From positions 23,162-87,161 of the forward strand of contig CACJHS010000001.1 of NCBI GenBank assembly GCA_902593235.1: a stretch of 64,000 bases of DNA. The letters run 5' to 3'. This stretch comes from an uncultured Pelagibacteraceae bacterium. Its GTDB lineage: Bacteria; Pseudomonadota; Alphaproteobacteria; Pelagibacterales; Pelagibacteraceae. Positions 9,750 through 19,245 of this stretch are shown one piece after another. The position numbers were made by a program, and so were the translations under genes. Position 1 is the first letter of the stretch, and every line of letters starts with the position of its first letter. The notes below the pieces were generated by a model, which was not told the DNA's origin, did not search any database, and was given only the letters and a program-made list of their open reading frames with translations.

Positions 9750-10478
9750 ATGAATTTTTCATTGGAAATAGGACCTAAAACAGAAGTTGATACAGTTCCA
9801 GCATTGTCTGACATATATATTACAATGCTACCTGGAGGTGATTACAGAGAAACTGCTGATAAAGCAGTAGAGCTTGTAAAAAAAGGATTTAATCCTGTAC
9901 CTCATTTTCCTGCTAGATCAATGCATGATGAAAAAGAACTTAAAGATTATGTTTCTAGATGCAAAGATGGAGGCGTAAAGCAAGCCTTAATAATTGGAGG
10001 TGGGAGAGAACCAGCAGGTAAATTTGATAGTTCATTTCAACTTTTAGAGACAGGTTATTTTGAAAAAATGAAAATAGGAATTGCTGGACATCCTGAGGGG
10101 AGTCCTGATATATCCGACTCAGATTTAGAAAAAGCTATGATAGATAAAAAGCCTTACGCTGATTATATTGTAACACAGTGGTTGCTAGATCCTCAGCCTA
10201 TTATAGATTTTATTTCTAAGCAAAGTGTACCAGTGCATGTGGGAATTACTGGGCCATTAAAAATATCTAGCTTAATCAAATTTGCTAATATTGTAGGGGC
10301 AAAAAATTCCTTAAACTTTCTTAAATCTAATTTTAGTAAGGCATTGGATTTATTGAAACCTAAAGACCCTAATGATTTAATTGGGAAAGTTAAATCGCAT
10401 ACTGATAACTTCCACATTTATACATTCGGCGGCTTGAAGGAAACTAACAAGTGGTTGAAGGAGAATAGTTATGTCTAA
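9750..10478 (+). CDS. metF: Methylenetetrahydrofolate reductase (short form)
   Basis: FSLE, PVPHFPAR, ALIIGG, IAGHPEG, YIVTQ, HIYTFGG motifs of the MTHFR family. Confidence 0.8.
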   Translation: MNFSLEIGPKTEVDTVPALSDIYITMLPGGDYRETADKAVELVKKGFNPVPHFPARSMHDEKELKDYVSRCKDGGVKQALIIGGGREPAGKFDSSFQLLETGYFEKMKIGIAGHPEGSPDISDSDLEKAMIDKKPYADYIVTQWLLDPQPIIDFISKQSVPVHVGITGPLKISSLIKFANIVGAKNSLNFLKSNFSKALDLLKPKDPNDLIGKVKSHTDNFHIYTFGGLKETNKWLKENSYV

Positions 10479-11829
10479 AGAATTTGACTATACTAAAGTA
10501 CAACATGTTACTTCTGTTGATCAATCAGATAGAGAAGTACCATACAATTTAAGACAGAGTGGGCCAACTAAAGTTGAATTATTAATTTCAACAAGGGTAA
10601 GAAAGTCACCTTATTGGCATTTATCAATGCAGGCCGGTTGTTGGAGAGCAACTGTATACAATCGAATTTATCATCCAAGAGGTTATGTAAAACCTGAAGA
10701 TGGTGGAGCAATGATTGAATATGATGCAATCGTAAACCATGTAACAATGTGGAATGTAGCTGTTGAAAGACAAATAAGAGTTAAAGGTCCAGATGCAGAA
10801 AAATTTACTGATTACGTTATAACTAGAGATGCAACAAAAATTTCTCCTATGAGAGCAAGATATGTAATCTTATGTAATGCTTATGGAGGAGTTTTAAATG
10901 ATCCTATTCTTTTAAGAATTTCAAAAGATGAATTTTGGTTTTCATTGTCAGACTCTGATATTGGAATGTATTTACAAGGTGTAAATGCGGATGGAAGATT
11001 TAACTGTACAATTGAAGAAATTGATGCATGTCCTGTACAAATTCAAGGTCCTAAATCAAAAGCTTTAATGAAAGATCTTTGTGGAGACCAAGTTGATTTT
11101 GATAATATGCCTTTCTATGGATTAGCAGAAGCAACAATCGGTGGAAGAAGTTGTGTAATTTCTCAATCTGGTTTTTCAGGAGAAGCTGGTTATGAGATAT
11201 ATTTAAGAAATGCAACTTTATATGCTGAAGATATGTGGAATGCAGTATTGGATGCAGGAAAAAAACATAACTTAATGGTTATTGCGCCTGCGCACCACAG
11301 AAGAATACAAGCTGGCATTCTTTCTTGGGGGCAAGACATGGATCAACAACATAATCCGTTTCAATGTAATTTAGGTTATCAAGTTTCATTATCTGGTAAG
11401 GGTGAATGGAATAAAAAAGCTGACTATGTTGGTAAAGCTGCTTTAGAGAAAATGAAAGCAGACATAAAAGCTGGTCAAAAACCATACAAACTTCAATTAG
11501 TTGGGATGGAATTGGGTGGTAAGCCTATTGACGATTATGCGCCAGACTTTTGGTTAGTATCACCAGAAAGTGGTGGAGATCCAGTTGGATTTTTAACATC
11601 ACCATGGTGGCATCCTGAGAAGAAAACTAATATTGCTATGGGTTATGTTCCATTTGATGGAACTTTAAACCCTAATGGATTTCCAAAAGGTAAAGTTGGA
11701 ACTAAGTTTAAAGTTCATCTTCCAGAAAAATACTCAGACACTCCAGGAACACCTGTAGATGCTGTGGTTGTGGATATTCCATTCAAAGAGTCTTTCAACG
11801 CAAATACAAGAGAAGTTGTAAAAGGCTAA
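10471..11829 (+). CDS. GcvT-family folate-dependent aminomethyltransferase/demethylase (DmdA-like)
   Basis: GPDAEKF, QIQGPKS, SQSGFSGEAGYEIY, RRIQAGILSWGQD; overlaps the end of metF by 8 nt. Confidence 0.85.
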   Translation: MSKEFDYTKVQHVTSVDQSDREVPYNLRQSGPTKVELLISTRVRKSPYWHLSMQAGCWRATVYNRIYHPRGYVKPEDGGAMIEYDAIVNHVTMWNVAVERQIRVKGPDAEKFTDYVITRDATKISPMRARYVILCNAYGGVLNDPILLRISKDEFWFSLSDSDIGMYLQGVNADGRFNCTIEEIDACPVQIQGPKSKALMKDLCGDQVDFDNMPFYGLAEATIGGRSCVISQSGFSGEAGYEIYLRNATLYAEDMWNAVLDAGKKHNLMVIAPAHHRRIQAGILSWGQDMDQQHNPFQCNLGYQVSLSGKGEWNKKADYVGKAALEKMKADIKAGQKPYKLQLVGMELGGKPIDDYAPDFWLVSPESGGDPVGFLTSPWWHPEKKTNIAMGYVPFDGTLNPNGFPKGKVGTKFKVHLPEKYSDTPGTPVDAVVVDIPFKESFNANTREVVKG

Positions 11830-11837
11830 AAATTAAT

Positions 11838-11866
11838 AAGGGGGAGCTAATTTCAGCTCCCCTTTT
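11838..11866 (+). terminator. Intrinsic terminator after the GcvT-like gene
   Basis: GGGGAGCT-N6-AGCTCCCC followed by TTTT. Confidence 0.85.
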
Positions 11867-11874
11867 CAATTCCA

Positions 11875-11985
11875 ATGACCAAAAGTTTTCTAATAGCAGT
11901 TTGCATTATCATTGCTATTGCTTTAATAATATTTCCATTAATTGTTTCATATAAAGCTCAAAGAAATAAAAACAAAAAAAATTAA
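11875..11985 (+). CDS. Small single-TM membrane protein (36 aa)
   Basis: MTKSFLIAVCIIIAIALIIFPLIVSYKAQRNKNKKN; its TAA overlaps the next ATG (TAATG). Confidence 0.55.
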   Translation: MTKSFLIAVCIIIAIALIIFPLIVSYKAQRNKNKKN

Positions 11986-12530
11986 TGTTTGCTGAATTTT
12001 TAAATATAATTTTTAAGTCAATCAAATTAGACAAAACTCTTTATTCAGATAATAAAAATTTTGGAGAAGCATCAATATACTTTGCTGGGATTATAATGAT
12101 CCTAGATGGTATCGCTGGAGCAGTAGCAGCGAATACTATTATTAAAACAGCTATTGCAATGTCTGGTCTAACTGCAATAGTTACTTGGCTAATATGGGCG
12201 ATTTTTATTTTTGTTATTGGAGTTAAATTATTTCCTGACAAACAAACCAAAGTATCGTTCAAAAAAGTTTTAACAGCTGTTGGATTTGCACATGCTCCTG
12301 GTTTATTAAGATTTTTTGCTGTCACACCAGATTTAATGATACCAATAATTTTTCTTACACAGTTTTGGATTTTTGCAGGTTTAATAATTTCGACTAAACA
12401 AATATTGAGTTTAAAATCCAATTTTAAATCTTTTGGGATTGTGCTTTTATCATTTTTAATTATTGCATTTTTATCTATCTCATTTGTGATGAGTAGAATG
12501 AATATGCTTCCGGTAAGTCAAATAAGTTAA
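11985..12530 (+). CDS. Multi-pass membrane protein, Yip1-like
   Basis: About 5 hydrophobic segments; VGFAHAPGLLR motif. Confidence 0.65.
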   Translation: MFAEFLNIIFKSIKLDKTLYSDNKNFGEASIYFAGIIMILDGIAGAVAANTIIKTAIAMSGLTAIVTWLIWAIFIFVIGVKLFPDKQTKVSFKKVLTAVGFAHAPGLLRFFAVTPDLMIPIIFLTQFWIFAGLIISTKQILSLKSNFKSFGIVLLSFLIIAFLSISFVMSRMNMLPVSQIS

Positions 12531-12694
12531 AGTGGAAATATAGTCTTAGATACTCTACAAGATTTACATAATTTAAACCCGGTAAGAATTAAATTTTGAG
12601 TAACACTCTCGTCTTCCTCTTTGCATTCATCACAAATATTATTTAATTCTTCGGTATCTACCTTTAGATTTTTTTCATCAATTTTATCAATCAT
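12527..12694 (-). CDS. Small CxxC-x18-CxxC zinc-finger-like protein (55 aa)
   Basis: MIDKIDEKNLKVDTEELNNICDECKEEDESVTQNLILTGFKLCKSCRVSKTIFPL. Start overlaps the end of the DUF3726 gene and the ORF fills the gap exactly. Confidence 0.7.
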   Translation of the reverse strand: MIDKIDEKNLKVDTEELNNICDECKEEDESVTQNLILTGFKLCKSCRVSKTIFPL

Positions 12695-13298
12695 TATCTG
12701 TCAAACCAGCACCTGCCGCACCCTCTTTTAAACTGTCACTCTCTTCAACAAAAGTTTCTTCGGATAACTTGTATAAATTATTCCATTCTTTGTCTGTAAA
12801 GTTATCTTCATTTTCAAGTAGATTGACCTCAATTGTATTCGCTATCTTTGGAAATTCTTGATCAATAAAATTTGAAAAAATATTTACATTAAGATTTAGT
12901 AGCATTTTTTTTTCATCTATTTTTACATTAATTTTTTTTCCTATAATTTCTGATGAACGACTTATGAAGGAAATAAAAATTATTGGATAAGCAACATTTT
13001 TAAACTCAATTTTTTTTAAATTTTCTAAAACATTTATTTGATCTAAAAAACTAACACCTAAAGTAATTGGACAGTAAGGATTATTCGATGAAGAGTTATT
13101 TTCACTAATTAAATTTAAATTTTCAAATTTACTTTTATTTTTTTGATTAAAATATTCATTAAGGTGCTTAATACCCGGTAAACTAAATAGCTCTAACAAT
13201 CTTATACTTTTTCCTGTTTCCTCGGAAACTCCCCAAGAATATCCTGCCGCCTTTGAAGCTCTTTTAACAGTAGTTTCAATTTCACTTAGTGATTTCAT
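12687..13298 (-). CDS. DUF3726-like protein
   Basis: N-terminal SLSEIETTVKRASKAAGYSWG and C-terminal ESDSLKEGAAGAGLTDND, as recalled for DUF3726. Confidence 0.75.
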   Translation of the reverse strand: MKSLSEIETTVKRASKAAGYSWGVSEETGKSIRLLELFSLPGIKHLNEYFNQKNKSKFENLNLISENNSSSNNPYCPITLGVSFLDQINVLENLKKIEFKNVAYPIIFISFISRSSEIIGKKINVKIDEKKMLLNLNVNIFSNFIDQEFPKIANTIEVNLLENEDNFTDKEWNNLYKLSEETFVEESDSLKEGAAGAGLTDND

Positions 13299-13300
13299 TA

Positions 13301-14962
13301 TTAAATATTGGTTTTATATACCCACTGCTCGTCATAACTTTTTAACTCATTTGGAAGTGGGGCTCCTTGGAACATACAAATTCTTAACCATTTGTCAGAT
13401 CGTGGATCAAATTTTAATGCCCCAAAAAAAGATAATTTTAATCTTAGCATATCAATTGGCATTAAATCTTTACCAATTGTATTATCTTGTATTTCTGAAT
13501 AAGGAAATTTTTCTACAATGAACGCTCTTCTTACAACATGTCTTAATTCAGAATTTGATGTTAAAAATTCAGCAATAGTTAAACTATTTTTTGAGACTAA
13601 TAATTTTTCATAAAGTTTTTTTATATCTCTTGCTATTGCTAAAGGCTGTTCTAATTCTGATCCATGCTCCTCAAAACGATCAGCTAATCTAGGTTCCTCT
13701 TTATTTTTTGATATAAACCAAAAGTTTTTATTGTTTTCTTTTTCTTCAAAATTAATATCTAAAATGTTTGGATACTTTTCTTCAATGATATTACGCAATT
13801 CTTCAACTTTTCTATGAGTTGGAATATTAAAATATTTTTCCTCATCTGAGCTCATTTCTTTTACCAAAGGATTTACAATATTATTATAAGGTTCCATCAT
13901 TATTGAAACAATGTACTCAATACATTCTTCGCAAGTATTATCCTCCAACCACTGATATATTTTGTTAAAAGGATATTCGATCTCAAAATTAAAATCTTTG
14001 TTTATAAAGTTTAAAAATTTTTCAACATCTTTTAGTAATGATGTGATTTTTGTTTGCTGATATTCACTATCAGTATTCCAGCTTGTAATATTTTTTAAAG
14101 ATTTTTTTACACAATCTATAAACAAATCACTATCTTGACTTTCTACATCTTTGATTTCTCTTATTTTCTTAAGTGCTTTTTCTCTACTTAAAATCCAATT
14201 ATTTAATAAAGTTGGGTGATTGACTATAAATGGGGCCATACCCAAGCCTGTGGAATTGCCTATTCCCAAGTTTTTACAAATATCATCATCTAGCTTAACG
14301 GCTGTTTTTGGATTTTTATGATAAGCAACATGATTAACTTGATCAAAAGTAAATTGTCTTACCAAATATACCAACATCATTTCTAATCTGAATGGACCAT
14401 TAATTTCTTCACGATTTTTAATTCTAAATCGATCTGCAAGACCAAATTTACCCGAGCCATATACTGCTGTAGTCCTATATAAATAGCCTACTTTTGATAA
14501 TAAGTTTAAATCTGGCTGCTGACCTTTACTCAAACTTTCAACTACGTGATTATAAATTCTTACTGATTTGTTTGCTCTCGATAAGGTTAATTCTTTATAA
14601 GAAAGTCTACCAACTTCTTGTTTTGGAACTTCATTTTTTAATCTTTCAATGTCTTTTTTTTTAGGAACTCCATCATGTAATGTAAAAGCTGCATCCCATT
14701 TTGTTGCAATAACTCTGTCTGATCTTTCTTCATCTTTGATTTCATTTGCAAAACAAACTAAAGAATAAACTCTTTTATTTTTTTTAAATGAATAAACTGC
14801 TTCTCCAAAACCATTTTCATTTAAATTAAATAAATCTCTTTTATACTCCCACTCTTTAAATTCATTAAGAAAACTTCTTAAAAAAGATAATTTTGATTGA
14901 TGAAAAGATCCTAGCCTTGATAATTTCATTATCTTATTCGGGTCTCTTAATTCAACTTTCAT
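13301..14962 (-). CDS. Conserved hypothetical protein (553 aa)
   Basis: Long ORF with conserved-looking blocks RSDRVIATKWD, RTTAVYGSGKFG, GIGNSTGLGMAPF, FDPRSDKWLRICMFQGAP. Confidence 0.8.
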   Translation of the reverse strand: MKVELRDPNKIMKLSRLGSFHQSKLSFLRSFLNEFKEWEYKRDLFNLNENGFGEAVYSFKKNKRVYSLVCFANEIKDEERSDRVIATKWDAAFTLHDGVPKKKDIERLKNEVPKQEVGRLSYKELTLSRANKSVRIYNHVVESLSKGQQPDLNLLSKVGYLYRTTAVYGSGKFGLADRFRIKNREEINGPFRLEMMLVYLVRQFTFDQVNHVAYHKNPKTAVKLDDDICKNLGIGNSTGLGMAPFIVNHPTLLNNWILSREKALKKIREIKDVESQDSDLFIDCVKKSLKNITSWNTDSEYQQTKITSLLKDVEKFLNFINKDFNFEIEYPFNKIYQWLEDNTCEECIEYIVSIMMEPYNNIVNPLVKEMSSDEEKYFNIPTHRKVEELRNIIEEKYPNILDINFEEKENNKNFWFISKNKEEPRLADRFEEHGSELEQPLAIARDIKKLYEKLLVSKNSLTIAEFLTSNSELRHVVRRAFIVEKFPYSEIQDNTIGKDLMPIDMLRLKLSFFGALKFDPRSDKWLRICMFQGAPLPNELKSYDEQWVYKTNI

Positions 14963-14964
14963 AA

Positions 14965-15951
14965 TTAAATTGATTTATAAAAATTGTACCAGTTATTTCC
15001 AAGTATTCCATGTGTCTCGGTATCTGAAAAACCTGCTTTTTTGAGACCTTTTTCAATATTTGAGAACCCTCTTGCATCAAGAAACCAGTCGGGTTGTTTT
15101 GGAAAACCTGGTTTATTTTTCGAACCCTCACCATAATTTTTACTTTTAGACCAAGAACCATTTCTCATCCATTCAACAACAGAATCTGGATGATCTAAAC
15201 AAAGATCTGATCCTATTCCTATATTTTTTACATCCATTATTTCAGCTGTTTTTGCCACCATTTCACAAAAACTATCTAGAGTACAATTTGTATTATCTTT
15301 TAAGTGATGAGGGTATAATGATAAACCCAACATACCGCCACTATCACTCAAAATTTTTAATAAATCTGAAGATTTATTTCTTTTTGCTGGGTGCCAAAAA
15401 GAGGGATTAGCATGTGTAATTGCTATTGGTTTTTCACTGAATTCAATTGCATCAAGAGTGCTTTTTTCTGCAGAATGTGACATGTCAACCACAAGACCAA
15501 CTCTATTCATTTCTCTTATAACTTCACGTCCAAAATTTGTAACTCCGCTATCTACTTTTTCATAACAACCTGTTGCTAGCAAAGATTGGTTATTATAAGT
15601 AAGTTGCATAAATCTACATCCTAATTCATGAACCTTTTCAACAAGATTTATGTCATCTTCAATTGGTGAACAGTTTTGAAAACCAAAAAATATTGCAGTT
15701 TTGTTTTCTTTATTAGCTTTATCAATATCGTTAAAGTTCTTACCAGGAAAAATTAAATCTGAGTTTTCATGAAATAATTTTTCCCATTTTTTAATTTCAA
15801 GTTGTAATTCATCAAAATCTTCATGGTAAACAATGGTAACATGGACAGCATCTAATCCAGCAGATCTATTGATCTCAAAGATTTTCCTAGACCAATTACA
15901 ATATTGAAGATTATCAATTTTATAATTCATAGTATGCTTAACTCTAATCAA
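14965..15951 (-). CDS. Membrane dipeptidase family (peptidase M19) amidohydrolase
   Basis: MQLTYNNQSLLATGC, VVDMSHS, ITHAN, IGIGSD, ILGNNW. Confidence 0.88.
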   Translation of the reverse strand: MIRVKHTMNYKIDNLQYCNWSRKIFEINRSAGLDAVHVTIVYHEDFDELQLEIKKWEKLFHENSDLIFPGKNFNDIDKANKENKTAIFFGFQNCSPIEDDINLVEKVHELGCRFMQLTYNNQSLLATGCYEKVDSGVTNFGREVIREMNRVGLVVDMSHSAEKSTLDAIEFSEKPIAITHANPSFWHPAKRNKSSDLLKILSDSGGMLGLSLYPHHLKDNTNCTLDSFCEMVAKTAEIMDVKNIGIGSDLCLDHPDSVVEWMRNGSWSKSKNYGEGSKNKPGFPKQPDWFLDARGFSNIEKGLKKAGFSDTETHGILGNNWYNFYKSI

Positions 15952-16024
15952 TATGCATTTTAAATACTATTAATTTTATTGAAATTTTAAGTTAATTTTG
16001 AAATAAACAGATTGATCAATTTTC

Positions 16025-16516
16025 ATGAAAAAAAATAGTAAATTAAAAGTTTCAATCATAATGGGAAGTCAATCTGACTATAAGGTAATGAAACTAGCCG
16101 AAAAAACCCTAAAAAAAATTGGAGTTTCATTTGAAACAAAAATTATATCTGCTCACAGAACACCACAAAGAATGTATGAATATGCTGCAAAAGTTGAGCA
16201 AGATAATATAGGAGTAATAATTGCAGGTGCTGGTGGATCTGCTCATCTTCCAGGTATGATATCAGCGCTTACACATGTGCCAGTACTTGGTGTTCCTGTT
16301 GAAAGTAAAAAACTTAAAGGTTTAGATAGTTTGTTATCAATTGCACAAATGCCTAAAGGAATACCTGTAGGAACACTTGCTATAGGAGAGGATGGCGCCA
16401 TTAATGCCGCTTTATTAGCTGCAGCAATACTTGCTAATAATAATTCAAATGTTCGAAAAAAACTTAAAAATTTTAGAACAACACAAACTAAATCTGTAAA
16501 GAAATCTCCAAAATAA
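16025..16516 (+). CDS. purE: N5-CAIR mutase
   Basis: [35 protein letters not shown]. Confidence 0.97.
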   Translation: MKKNSKLKVSIIMGSQSDYKVMKLAEKTLKKIGVSFETKIISAHRTPQRMYEYAAKVEQDNIGVIIAGAGGSAHLPGMISALTHVPVLGVPVESKKLKGLDSLLSIAQMPKGIPVGTLAIGEDGAINAALLAAAILANNNSNVRKKLKNFRTTQTKSVKKSPK

Positions 16517-16517
16517 A

Positions 16518-17564
16518 ATGTCTGAAATTACTCTTGGTATCATTGGAGGTGGTCAACTTGGAAGCATGCTTGCAATAGCAGCTAAAAAATTAAATGTTAA
16601 AACTGTAGTTTTTTGTGATGACATAGATGCGCCAGCACAAAATTTTTGCAATCAATTTGTTACTGGAAGTTATGATAATAAAGAAAAAATAGCAGAATTT
16701 ATAAATCAGGTTGATTTAGTTACTTATGAATTTGAAAATATTCCATATGAAACATTAAATGAAATTAATAAATCTAAAACTGTTTTACCCAAGCCTTCTG
16801 TTAACAGATTAATTCAACATCGATTAGCTGAAAAAGATTTTGTTAATAAATTAAATATTAGAACAACCAGATATGTTTCAATTGAAAAAAAATCTGACAT
16901 TGATGCCTTAGAAGATTTTTTGCCTGGAATATTAAAAACAACAACACTTGGCTATGATGGCAAAGGTCAATATCCAATTAAATCAAGCGATAAACTTAAT
17001 TCATTAAATATTGATTTTTCAAAAGGATATATTCTTGAAAAACTTGTTAAACTAAAAAAAGAAATTTCAATTATCATTACGAGATTTAGTAACAATAAAT
17101 ATGAAATATATGAACCAATAGAAAACACTCATGAAGATCAAATTTTAAAATATTCAAAAATACCTGCTGAAATTAATGAAAAGATTTTTAATCAATCTAA
17201 AGAGTGGGCAATGCTAATCGCTGAAGAACTTAAATATGTAGGAACTTTATGTGTAGAATTTTTTATAGATAGAAATGATAATCTTTATGTCAATGAGATT
17301 GCACCTAGAGTACATAACTCAGGACATCTAACAATAAATGCTTTTAATGTAAGTCAATTTGAAAATCATGTAAGAGCTGTGTGTGGTTTAGAACAAATTC
17401 CTTTGAAAAAAATATCTAATGCTAAAATGATGAATTTACTCGGTGGTCAAATTACTCATTATCGAAACATACAAAAGTTTAATGATAACGAATTTTTCTT
17501 TGATTATTTAAAAAAAGATATAAAAGAAAAAAGAAAAATGGGCCATATCACAACTTTAGTATAA
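16518..17564 (+). CDS. purK: N5-CAIR synthetase
   Basis: GIIGGGQLG, TYEFEN, GYDGKGQ, NEIAPRVHNSGH, RKMGH. Confidence 0.97.
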   Translation: MSEITLGIIGGGQLGSMLAIAAKKLNVKTVVFCDDIDAPAQNFCNQFVTGSYDNKEKIAEFINQVDLVTYEFENIPYETLNEINKSKTVLPKPSVNRLIQHRLAEKDFVNKLNIRTTRYVSIEKKSDIDALEDFLPGILKTTTLGYDGKGQYPIKSSDKLNSLNIDFSKGYILEKLVKLKKEISIIITRFSNNKYEIYEPIENTHEDQILKYSKIPAEINEKIFNQSKEWAMLIAEELKYVGTLCVEFFIDRNDNLYVNEIAPRVHNSGHLTINAFNVSQFENHVRAVCGLEQIPLKKISNAKMMNLLGGQITHYRNIQKFNDNEFFFDYLKKDIKEKRKMGHITTLV

Positions 17565-18031
17565 TGTTAAAATCAATAGAAGGTAATTTTGATAATTTAG
17601 AAGTTAATGAACTTCTAACCAAACATTTTGTTGAACTTAGAGCTGCCTCCCCAGAAGGAAGTGCTCACGTTCTAGATATTCCTGGTTTAAAAGTACCATC
17701 AATTAAATTTTGGAGTTTATGGGATGATGAAAAATTAATTGGATGTGGTGCTCTAAAATTTTTAGATAAAGAACATGGAGAATTTAAATCTATAAGAATT
17801 CATGATGATTTTAGAAATAAAGGCCAAGGGATTAATGTAATCAATCATTTAATTAATGAAGCTAAAAAGCTTAAAATTAAAAGATTAAGCATCGAAACAG
17901 GTGCGGGCGATTTTTTTATACCAGCAAGAAAACTTTTCAAAAAGACTGGATTTACTGTATGCGAACCTTTCGCGCATTATAAAGAAGACATTAATTCTGT
18001 TTATTTAACTAAGCTTATTGAAGATATTTAA
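17564..18031 (+). CDS. GNAT family N-acetyltransferase
   Basis: GCGALK, GEFKSIR, FRNKGQG, LSIETG. Confidence 0.88.
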   Translation: MLKSIEGNFDNLEVNELLTKHFVELRAASPEGSAHVLDIPGLKVPSIKFWSLWDDEKLIGCGALKFLDKEHGEFKSIRIHDDFRNKGQGINVINHLINEAKKLKIKRLSIETGAGDFFIPARKLFKKTGFTVCEPFAHYKEDINSVYLTKLIEDI

Positions 18032-18148
18032 AAAATTATTTTTAATCACTAATCTATTTTGTTGACAAAACCCAATAAAATCTAAAGAAAGCCAATATTA
18101 CTTAATTATAAGTAATAATTAAATATAACAAAAAGTAAGAAGATAAAT

Positions 18149-18355
18149 ATGAGTCTACAAGGTAAAGTAAAGTGGTTCAATCCAACCAAAGGTTTTGGTT
18201 TTATTGAAAGAGAAGATAAAGAAAAAGATGTGTTTGTACATGTTTCAGCAGTAAGAGATGCTGGTATGAACGGTTTAGATGAGGGTCAAGCTTTGACTTT
18301 CGATGTTGAAGATGGTCCTAAAGGTCCTTCAGCAGTTAACTTAAAAACTGCATAA
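18149..18355 (+). CDS. Cold-shock protein (CspA family)
   Basis: GKVKWFN, KGFGFI (RNP1), DVFVHVSA (RNP2). Confidence 0.97.
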   Translation: MSLQGKVKWFNPTKGFGFIEREDKEKDVFVHVSAVRDAGMNGLDEGQALTFDVEDGPKGPSAVNLKTA

Positions 18356-18367
18356 TTTCACACTTCC

Positions 18368-18418
18368 TATTGGCTGAAAAATTTTATTTGTAAATACAAA
18401 TTTAGTATTCAGCCAATA
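18368..18418 (+). terminator. Long interrupted hairpin 3' of the csp gene
   Basis: Outer stem TATTGGCTGAA/TTCAGCCAATA (11 bp) and inner stem ATTTGT/ACAAAT; no clear U-tract. Confidence 0.55.
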
Positions 18419-18495
18419 CCTTAATAATTAACAACCTTTAAACACAATTATTAATTATAGATTTAAATTAAAAAATTAATAAATTAATCAGAATT

Positions 18496-19242
18496 ATGAT
18501 TGGAATTTTAGGAGGAATGGGAACTCAAGCTGGTCTTGATTTTTGTAACAAGCTTGCAGTTCTGAATAGAGGAAAAATTGATCAAGAGTATCCTTTATTT
18601 TTACTTTATAACAAATCCAATATTCCAGGAAGACCTGAATCTATAGGCTCTCAAACTAAAAAACTTTCAAACAAATCTACAAATAAAACAAGTAGAGAAA
18701 AATATAACAAAGTTCTAAAGAGTTTGCTCAAAGGCTGTAAGCTTCTAGAAAAAAATAAATGTAGATTTATAGTTATACCTTGCAATACAGCTCATTATTG
18801 GTTCGAGGATTTACAAAATAAAATCAATATTCCAATAATCAATATGCCAAAAGAAGTTTTCAAATTTACAAAAAAAAAATGTAAGAAAAACTCTAAAGTT
18901 GGCCTTTTAGCAACTGAGGGTACTCTTAAAACTGGAGTTTATAAAAAATTTTTTGAAAAGGATTATCAATTAATAGAACCATCTCAAAAAATACAAAAAT
19001 TATCAGTCAATAAAGCTATTAAATTAGTTAAAATGGGTAATGTTAAAGCGGCAGCAAAAGTTATTAAACCTGCAATTGATTCCTTAATTAAAATGAAGTG
19101 CAAAAAAATTATATTAGGTTGTACAGAGCTACCTATTGCGATTTTTGCATTTAAATCATTTAAAAATGTTAAATCCTCAAAAGTTTTCTTAGATCCTAAT
19201 TTAATTTTGGCTCATTCGGCTATGATTAAGCATAAAAATTAG
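18496..19242 (+). CDS. Aspartate/glutamate racemase family protein
   Basis: GILGGMG, catalytic PCNTAH and LGCTEL, GLLATEGT. Confidence 0.92.
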   Translation: MIGILGGMGTQAGLDFCNKLAVLNRGKIDQEYPLFLLYNKSNIPGRPESIGSQTKKLSNKSTNKTSREKYNKVLKSLLKGCKLLEKNKCRFIVIPCNTAHYWFEDLQNKINIPIINMPKEVFKFTKKKCKKNSKVGLLATEGTLKTGVYKKFFEKDYQLIEPSQKIQKLSVNKAIKLVKMGNVKAAAKVIKPAIDSLIKMKCKKIILGCTELPIAIFAFKSFKNVKSSKVFLDPNLILAHSAMIKHKN

Positions 19243-19245
19243 CTT

